DNA from: a virus
Length of the DNA: 58,087 bases
Direction: 5' to 3' (one strand)
IMG/VR virus record: IMGVR_UViG_3300035128_000037
Coordinates: 1 to 58,087 of that record
Shown here: positions 53,001-58,087 of the stretch, in pieces
Layout: the number at the start of each line of letters is the position of its first letter
Position numbering within the stretch: the stretch's first letter is position 1
The notes under the pieces: generated by a model
Told to the model about the DNA's origin: nothing
Seen by the model: the letters and a program-made list of their open reading frames with translations, nothing else
The model's database searches: none
Translations under genes and position numbers: made by a program

Positions 53001-53370
53001 GGGCGAGGATATTGAGTCGTATGAGATCCCATTCGTTCGTCAAGTATTCGGAAAGCCGGGGGCGTCTACCCTATCAAGTGATTTTTATGAGAACATCGAC
53101 ACGGTAAGGGTCGCTGAAAGACAGTATAAGCACTATGAAGACGACAAGGAAATGATCAAAAAGATCATCAAGGACAACAAGTCCGAGTTAAGACTCGGAG
53201 AGCTTGCCCGGGACGCATCGAAAGAGGTATCGGAACTCAGGCGGCAAAGATCAGAACTTGAAAGGCGCGGCGAGACTCCGAAATCATCTGATAGGATAAG
53301 GAGAATCGACAACAGGATCGAACGCATTATGAGGCGTTTCAACAAAAAGTTCAACGCCAGAGATAAATAG
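47086..53370 (+). CDS. Giant (2094 aa) virion-associated multidomain (polyvalent or ejection-type) protein
   Basis: ATG 47086 overlaps the upstream stop. N-terminus is MIVSIPDKGLTVEFPDDMDQEEISSII. Two YHxG-type modules. The C-terminal half has YLVARHAKEANAQ and NPEFIITNFGRD (PLxRFG-like) segments. Confidence 0.55.
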   Translation: MIVSIPDKGLTVEFPDDMDQEEISSIIRRDIYGETPEPARLDQPAYDRSSVRPNPVSDRSVSAASIPGMMEQQTSLATNPNRIRPMNALVEGGKDVVRGSLNFLNAANEAKARNIEASGNKDLANEIRRQGATDVLYRQLDEKWLKPDGTFKRPEGFKGYVYDVVRMTPQVASQIGVSIAGGPVAGGMFMGTQIAGQTVDNLEKQGVDPERAWKAALANAFSQAPMEQLGIGKALKFWKPGKTASKALRAMVESGGTEFLTEWAQQYPELAARIWAAGEGKDKWDLLNEFTEGWWEATKEGMYQGLVAAPLGAAAGGAGAVSQIQETAEPSIESPEIKTKAPVVDEIREKTLNDLVKGEYTVENILEGLDQVPDEYRSSIEAAVNDFESGRINKPDIETNKPFEFPEHTDAERSDMESEIERQRNAPQTYSMNDRIQANREDTQAAFDAEDMAYLDKLRKEAGMGATGDVPGASLDEAQQYREMAARLGLTEPATQTALPPGQGFELVDRPRGMDVVPSKTTQMPYTPEPQPPAGNLPREVPGEPAQGFPGPGQARPTPAATEQVAETVKPTAETTPKGTQKSVKLYHVGHKLAQGEDMKADHRGLVWFSPGSKYGAGKENVPTTEIIVPRDKILVIEDENGVAVDNEGQDVISATKNGSKSEIFNEAKKRGYVAVQRGYDVSMEPSTASKYLAAKAESPQSAATQFNESTPGNDLKFDGEQDRSAINKPPLYGFTPQSGPMRGRSFSVETPTAEAVTSKFNEMVAKQSEFDKERPFRKRAPERNPIQESSVERAEAVGQTRPQETPGSAWIGDQRRPFINPRQIKRGKNKGKYYVQLTAGRDADGNINPGKRRIVYEKDIVSWPEEAATKPVTENIESKEKQEDKSATEEKPDTTKKKKLSTKTESDYVFHRGSDPKTATNIVLAADDRESVSQYGDNEYAIPKSSLKDVPGWVQKFAEKYYKKQYGSEYDEYLGPNTNPDDIVNSADVWDDMDFVASLWDENETKLEKLIDSGIVGFKTNDGAVILPGDHVGYIVNAGNFDTTKTEVSGAPTDKVKSILKNETGSSQIATDILNYGIELKNSGVETLSKFRREMRERFKDIWEKIKSIINDLWRVINNERGEIKLEKAPDTPINPFLEKFKNNIDAKKESPSDDPSLKESPEPETSKRIWDEFIYQAQDKFNYLNKAQMRAARKKGSDLPEYMDAILAEIRYHGMVGAEIDDSENDHVVPLLDLMSKNGIDSEMAGEYLVARHAKEANAQLKKINLTKDEVEEQRSELTDRLDRIKSERSNIRKAKPDKYPIDKRYKQTEKAMMATHAAIARLDNYTPVEDNTALSGMTDERADEILAEASKSKKARVLDEIGRRVDAITQAQRDLLRQSGLEKDETIDAWEAVYRHYVPLFREGKDASLPKKGRGFDTRGGQKRRAGSTREIDFGRILPQIVSQYQTTIVRSEKAKVGRAFLEFAKANEGPWKVDQVEYAPSFNSDGLVVYRPDPQYRLMDNVMAVRINGEEHHITFDEGDHEAMRIVSALKNLDAETNGILVKSLSKVTRWLAMVNTGLNPEFIITNFGRDIQTAIYNMNDSEAHDIKMKALKDVPAALKGIYQGRRKGIKDTEWGSWYERFRKAGGQTGWVESYSDINARRRSLERQIRRMKPDNFHTTLRGMKAVGDWVNDMNTVVENGIRLSVFKNLVEKGATEAKAARVAKELTVNFNRKGNMGPAINAWKLFYNASIQGTARVLMATKNQKVRRRFIYPTIAFAWALDAINRSVGGDDEDGEPYYDKIPDWVKDRKLIVMLPKQIGGGEGEYFSLPLPWGYNVLHVIGQTLGELTTKKNFKPVDGGLRLARATIDAFNPVGNDISFLQTLAPAPLIPIVQVVENKDWTGKRIHPENDIYNPKPMSELYWSSVREPSRDVARLLNQIGGGNEAKVGVEWLDISPESIDHVVDAVGGGMAKFFARSASAARKYSKGEDIESYEIPFVRQVFGKPGASTLSSDFYENIDTVRVAERQYKHYEDDKEMIKKIIKDNKSELRLGELARDASKEVSELRRQRSELERRGETPKSSDRIRRIDNRIERIMRRFNKKFNARDK

Positions 53371-53456
53371 TGTTTACACAATAGTTTGATTTGATATAAA
53401 TTATAGGCAACAAATAAGGGCCTTGCCCGACCATCGACGAAATGATGGACTCTCGC

Positions 53457-53494
53457 AACCCGCTTACGGTTTAAGCCGTTGGCGGGTTTTTTTT
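53457..53494 (+). terminator. Rho-independent terminator after the giant gene
   Basis: AACCCGCTTACGG pairs with CCGTTGGCGGGTT, followed by T8. Confidence 0.7.
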
Positions 53495-53523
53495 GTTGCC
53501 TCCACAGAACGGAGGAAAATCAA

Positions 53524-53886
53524 ATGACCGTCGATAGCAACACTTTCAGCACACCCATTTCAAGGCAACACGCCGTTGTTCAAACAATCGTATTCAGCGG
53601 AGATGAGGCGGCATATGAACTGGATGAACGCCTTGTCGGTTACTGGTTGGCACAGGCAGAGGTCATATCTTCGGCTGATACATCCGTTGCGGTAGCGCTC
53701 AACACCGGTCTTGGAGGTGAGATTGGGGCCCTTGCAAGTGATGATTATACCGGAGGATCATTTATCCCGCTTGCTGCAGGGGGGGCGGAAAACAGATACT
53801 GCGCCAGGGTTCCGACCATTACGGTGTCCGGTATCGGGAGCGGAACATTCACGGTTGAAATCGTAGCCGAGAAGACGCCTTTCTAA
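53524..53886 (+). CDS. Hypothetical virion protein
   Basis: GGAGGAAAA SD then ATG 53524. Confidence 0.5.
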   Translation: MTVDSNTFSTPISRQHAVVQTIVFSGDEAAYELDERLVGYWLAQAEVISSADTSVAVALNTGLGGEIGALASDDYTGGSFIPLAAGGAENRYCARVPTITVSGIGSGTFTVEIVAEKTPF

Positions 53887-54341
53887 TGATTACGTCAAAC
53901 GAAATACGGAAGCAGTTGAGACAGTTTGATTCTCCATATCCGTGGGGCCTTAAAATATCAAAGACCCCTCAGCTTCTTGACCCTAAATACCATCTCCTGA
54001 CGCTGTCAGAGCTCAGGTGGCTTGTTCGTGAAGCGATCATGGGGATAGCAAACTACATGGGTGTTTCAGAAGAAAGTCTTCCAGGCCTATGGGTTCAGTT
54101 CAAGCACGATTGTGACGACTTCGCTGGCCAGATGGTGTCGTTTTCCAACATGGCATGGGCGAAAAAAGAAGGCACAACGCTTCCACCGGCAGTTTTCAGG
54201 ATCATAGCAGAGCTTTCGTCAACAATACACGCCTACAATATGGCATTCACAGACAATGGGATATGGTTTGCCGATCTAACCGTTGGCGTGAATATATGGT
54301 CTATCGATTCAAACAAACCCAAGATCATAGGATTCGGATAA
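53886..54341 (+). CDS. Possible transglutaminase-like cysteine peptidase
   Basis: KHDCDDFAGQ (Cys) then IHAYNMAFTDNGIWFAD (His, Asp) resembles the BTLCP-type triad order. Confidence 0.35.
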   Translation: MITSNEIRKQLRQFDSPYPWGLKISKTPQLLDPKYHLLTLSELRWLVREAIMGIANYMGVSEESLPGLWVQFKHDCDDFAGQMVSFSNMAWAKKEGTTLPPAVFRIIAELSSTIHAYNMAFTDNGIWFADLTVGVNIWSIDSNKPKIIGFG

Positions 54342-57300
54342 TGAAAAAAATTACTATACTGGCACTTGCGATCATCTTACTTGCTGGGTGTTCCACATTC
54401 AGGGACATCGAACGGGCTGGTGCACCACCTGCACTTCCAATGCCCCAGCAGATGACGGCCGCCCAGAAGGCAAGTCCGAGCGGAGACACAACGAGAGTTA
54501 TCGTGACTCCTGATGATGTCTATGACATTGCGGTAGCCAATGCCGGCGCCGGATCGGTAGAGGTCCAGGACGAGGCATTTACGGCCGGCAACTTCAACGC
54601 CGACGCTACTCATGCCGTATCCCAGGATGATTTCTATGACCGTATGCACCTGTTCGATACCGACGATGATGGATCGTTTGCCGACGAAGCTTGGTTGACG
54701 GCTTACCTTACGCCAGCAGAGCTCACCACTGCGCTTGGTGCGGCATACGACACAGAGGCAGAGCTTGACGCCCTGTTCGCGGCCAAGCAGGATGCCTCAA
54801 CAGCGGCCACCGACGCCGAGATTGCCGCCCTTGAGATCGATGACATTCAAACCGCATTGGGCATTTCAACGGGAGCGACTCATCTCGGTGAGTTCACAGG
54901 GTCAACGATTACCGACAACCAAACGGTCAAGGCCGCTATCCAGGAGCTTGAGACCGCTATCGAGGCGGGTGGTGCCGATGCCTTCACGGTAAAGGTGGAT
55001 GCCGGCGCGACCGCAGGTTATCTCGGGGCAGCGAACAGCGACGGTGTTTTGAGAACCGATGGAACCATTGTCACCTATGCAGATGGCGGTGATTACGTCA
55101 CCATTGGGGTTCATGCCTATCTGGTAGACATCGCCGGAATAACGGCCGCCCAAGGCGATATTATCTATTTTGATGGGACCGATTGGGTAAACCTCGGACC
55201 TGGGCTTGCCGGACAATACCTTAAGACCGGAGGGGCGGCGGCCAACCCGTCATGGGATGACCCTGCCGGATCTGGTGATATCACGGCGGTCGGGGATGCT
55301 GCATCAGGCTCGGCATTCACCGCAGATGGTGGTGGAAATTCCCTTTACTTTGAGGGAACCACAGCGAACGCCTTCGAAATCCAGCTCACAGGCGCAAACC
55401 CGGATGCTGATTACGTTGTCACGATACCGGCAGCCACAGGGACCATCCTCCTAACAGATGGCGTAGGAACCGCTCTGACAGCTCTGAACGGCGAGAACAT
55501 CCAGGACGATACGATCGATGACGATTCCATAGATTGGTCCGATGTCACGGCGGCCGATATTACGATGACAGACGCCACTATCATCACCGCCAGCGGCCTC
55601 ATTACCGCAAATGCGGGTCTTACCATAGCCACCGGCCAGGCCCTCACTGTGGGCGTCGTACAGTGGGATAACGGGTCTGATTACATCGACGGGGAGAATA
55701 TTGCAGATGATACCATCGACGATGACTCGATAGATTTCGCCGATGTTACCCTGAACGACCTAACGTTCGATGTCGGATCAGTGAGCAAGACTGAATTTGG
55801 ATACCTTGACGGTGTTACCTCTGCAATTCAAACCCAGATAGACGGAAAAGAGGCCACCGACGCCGAGATTGCACGTTTTGACACCGCGGATACGGTTGGA
55901 GCCGATTGGGAGTGGCAAGACGGAATAGCCATGTCTTTCGGTAACGATAATGATTGGGAGTTGGCCTATGACGAAACCACTGACGACAGATTGGAGTACA
56001 CGCATACCGCAGGAGCCGGTGCAGACGTATATTGGGATTTGAACGACAACGCGGCAAACTCTGTTTTCACGGTAACAAATTCGGATGGAACCTATGACGC
56101 TGTATTAACCGCAGATCAGCTTTCAGTCGGTGGCGGCGGTATGACCGTTGACGGTGACGGCGACACGGTTGTCAAAACGCTGCAAATTTCTGGAGCCTCA
56201 GGAACTACCGGAGCGGTTAGGATTTACGAAGATCCAGCCTATCAAACAGAATACCGGGGATGGCTTGCCCAGGACAACTTCACAGCATCGCTCGACTTCC
56301 GATTCCCGAACGCGGTCCCGACAGCTGCAAATCAGTTCATGGTGTTCGGGGTGCCGTCATCTGATATCTCTGATATAACGTTTGCCGGGCTTGACACGAC
56401 ATATTTCGATGTGACCTCAATCACTTCAATTGATACTCAATTCAAGGGCGTTGCTGCTGGAACTGTTCACACGAGCCTCGCTGCCTCGCAGGTGATGGTT
56501 GACACGGACGGTATTACAGACCTGGCGCATGATCTTTTGGTCTACTCTGATGGTACAACGGATTACATCGTTTTATCGCTGGCCGAGGCCGACATTCCCT
56601 CTACCGGAGAGGATGATTATGTTGTCTCCTACGACGCAGACGCCAATAAGTTTTACATGGCAGCCGGCGGTGGTGGTGGCTCAGTTGCCTGGGACGATAT
56701 AACCAATCCTGATGCAAACGACGAGATTGATTTTGGTGCATACGTTACCGAGCTGAATGTCGATGACCTTAGAATCGGAGACGGCGGTTCGAACTATGCT
56801 AAGTTTTCCGGTTCTGCCTTAACTTTCGCTGGAACCTATTCGATAACCCTACCTGCCGATTCGGTGGATTCGTCTCAGTATGTTGACGCCTCTATTGACG
56901 ATGCACATCTAAACAAAGGGTCCGGCGCTGGCCAAATAGACTACTCCGACTTTACCACGGGAAACATCTCCACCTCTGGCACCGCAGCCACTGGCGTTTT
57001 GACCGTTACCGGCGTTATTAACACCTCCGTAGGATTGGACGGGGTCGGTGCGGTCGACATGGACTATGGAAGCGCTGATATAACAGATCACACCTTTGTT
57101 TCAGATGGTGGTACGTTCGTTGTAGATGGCGGATTTACCGCTGGTGCTAATTCCGATATGGCCGACTACGACATCACATCGGTTGATAAGCTTGAGGGTG
57201 TTGATTCGGCGGTATTTATCGACATTGGGGCTGACGGCATAGTACAAGTTGCCGCGGATACCGCAATTCACCTTGACCTTTCCGATGAAACGATAACCCT

Positions 57301-57718
57301 CGCAGACGGAGGGGCTAACCAGATAGATATATCAACCGACACGGGTGTTGATACGATATACGCAAGCGGTATATCCATAGCTGCAAGAGCGCTCACCCCT
57401 ACGGTTGCCGATCCTGATACGTGGACAATGAGCGGAAAAAATATGTACGGCGGCACATGGATAGCAAACGCTGCCGGAACAGGTGGTCTTCCGGCTGTAA
57501 CCGCAGGTATGCACTTCACTGTTATAGTTGAGGGTGCGAATACGGTCATTATTGATCCGAATGCTGCCGATACGATTTACCTTGACGGCGCAGCGGAAAC
57601 CCAAGACGAAAACATTACCACGGACGGAACCAGTGGTGCCGTTATCGCCTGTCAATATCGAAGCGCTAATGCTTGGTCTTGCACTGGTGACGGCCTTTGG
57701 GATGGAGCAACAGACTAA
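54341..57718 (+). CDS. Tail-fibre-like protein with lipoprotein signal
   Basis: ATG 54341 overlaps the upstream stop (TAATG). MKKITILALAIILLAGC lipobox. 1125 aa, Ala/Thr/Gly/Asp-rich with internal repeats. Confidence 0.55.
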   Translation: MKKITILALAIILLAGCSTFRDIERAGAPPALPMPQQMTAAQKASPSGDTTRVIVTPDDVYDIAVANAGAGSVEVQDEAFTAGNFNADATHAVSQDDFYDRMHLFDTDDDGSFADEAWLTAYLTPAELTTALGAAYDTEAELDALFAAKQDASTAATDAEIAALEIDDIQTALGISTGATHLGEFTGSTITDNQTVKAAIQELETAIEAGGADAFTVKVDAGATAGYLGAANSDGVLRTDGTIVTYADGGDYVTIGVHAYLVDIAGITAAQGDIIYFDGTDWVNLGPGLAGQYLKTGGAAANPSWDDPAGSGDITAVGDAASGSAFTADGGGNSLYFEGTTANAFEIQLTGANPDADYVVTIPAATGTILLTDGVGTALTALNGENIQDDTIDDDSIDWSDVTAADITMTDATIITASGLITANAGLTIATGQALTVGVVQWDNGSDYIDGENIADDTIDDDSIDFADVTLNDLTFDVGSVSKTEFGYLDGVTSAIQTQIDGKEATDAEIARFDTADTVGADWEWQDGIAMSFGNDNDWELAYDETTDDRLEYTHTAGAGADVYWDLNDNAANSVFTVTNSDGTYDAVLTADQLSVGGGGMTVDGDGDTVVKTLQISGASGTTGAVRIYEDPAYQTEYRGWLAQDNFTASLDFRFPNAVPTAANQFMVFGVPSSDISDITFAGLDTTYFDVTSITSIDTQFKGVAAGTVHTSLAASQVMVDTDGITDLAHDLLVYSDGTTDYIVLSLAEADIPSTGEDDYVVSYDADANKFYMAAGGGGGSVAWDDITNPDANDEIDFGAYVTELNVDDLRIGDGGSNYAKFSGSALTFAGTYSITLPADSVDSSQYVDASIDDAHLNKGSGAGQIDYSDFTTGNISTSGTAATGVLTVTGVINTSVGLDGVGAVDMDYGSADITDHTFVSDGGTFVVDGGFTAGANSDMADYDITSVDKLEGVDSAVFIDIGADGIVQVAADTAIHLDLSDETITLADGGANQIDISTDTGVDTIYASGISIAARALTPTVADPDTWTMSGKNMYGGTWIANAAGTGGLPAVTAGMHFTVIVEGANTVIIDPNAADTIYLDGAAETQDENITTDGTSGAVIACQYRSANAWSCTGDGLWDGATD
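55493..55549 (+). repeat. Internal coding repeat ENIQDDTIDDDSIDWSDVT, copy 1
   Basis: Matches ENIADDTIDDDSIDFADVT at 55694..55750. Confidence 0.75.
55694..55750 (+). repeat. Internal coding repeat, copy 2
   Basis: See 55493..55549. Confidence 0.75.
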
Positions 57719-58087
57719 TGAAAAAGCTGATATTCTTTCTACTTTTAATCCCGTTTGTTGTTTGCGCAAGCCCTCTACAGCAGTCTTATTTAAGGGTTAT
57801 AGCGTCTAAAATAGCTAATTCTGGCGGAGGTACAGAAATACCTACCCCAACCGCACGGTGGCAGTTTAATAACAATCTCAACGATACTGGATCAACCTAT
57901 AATCTGACAAACTCAGGTACAGTGACCTATGATGCCACGAACAAAGCGGAGGGGTCACACGCTGCTATTTTTGATAATAATATCTACGCATACCATGCCG
58001 ATAATGCAGCGTTCGAGCCGGGAGCCGGAGATTGGTCCCTATCTGTAGTGTTCCGAGCAACATATTTGGTTGGATCTGATTTGGCTA
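57718..58087 (+). CDS. LamG-domain secreted protein, 5' part (continues at base 128 of the circular map, i.e. 1..549 here)
   Basis: ATG 57718 overlaps the upstream stop (TAATG). Signal peptide MKKLIFFLLLIPFVVCASP. Frame is continuous into 1..549. Confidence 0.8.
   Translation, partial: MKKLIFFLLLIPFVVCASPLQQSYLRVIASKIANSGGGTEIPTPTARWQFNNNLNDTGSTYNLTNSGTVTYDATNKAEGSHAAIFDNNIYAYHADNAAFEPGAGDWSLSVVFRATYLVGSDLA
57961..58087. repeat. Terminal direct repeat, second copy of 1..127
   Basis: Identical 127-nt string at both window ends. Confidence 0.95.

Noticed and set aside
1-58087. Search for CRISPR arrays, rRNA genes, canonical tRNAs, integrase, transposase, reverse transcriptase or DGR repeats
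   Set aside because: Reading both strands revealed no regularly spaced direct repeats, no rRNA-like segments, no foldable cloverleaf and no recombinase or RT motifs. This by-eye search could miss divergent genes.

Overview
The window is a complete phage genome, probably podovirus-like. Bases 1-127 are identical to 57961-58087, so this is a circular or circularly permuted 57,960-bp unit, and one LamG-domain gene runs across the junction. Layout: (i) 54341..58087 plus 1..4683 (+) holds fibre/adhesin-like genes with Sec or lipoprotein signals, then a lysis cassette. (ii) 4755..21232 (-) is a long leftward early operon with a Thg1-like enzyme, small zinc-ribbon and HTH genes, several nucleases, a C39-like peptidase, RecT, a Rad50-like ATPase, an L7/L12-CTD protein, ThyX and a tRNA-like RNA region. 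(iii) 21274..21420 is a divergent promoter switch. (iv) 21427..27570 (+) holds a repressor-like HTH, replication genes, a C5-methyltransferase and membrane or lipoprotein genes. (v) 27568..57718 (+) is the late operon: promoter-terminator unit, TerS, intein-containing TerL, portal, scaffold, capsid, tail proteins, a 2094-aa virion protein and a fibre. No integrase, DNA polymerase, RNA polymerase, canonical tRNA or CRISPR array was recognised. The most unusual observations are listed here. First, the TerL intein carries an HNH homing-endonuclease gene in a different reading frame while the TerL frame stays open. Second, the C5-methyltransferase locus has two ~1-kb overlapping same-strand ORFs, and internal-repeat codon patterns point to constraint in the alternate frame. 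Third, there is a ~200-nt tRNA-like RNA candidate in the same operon as the Thg1-like gene. Fourth, there is a ~190-nt highly structured element inside the late operon. All functional calls come from reading motifs by eye. No database search was run.
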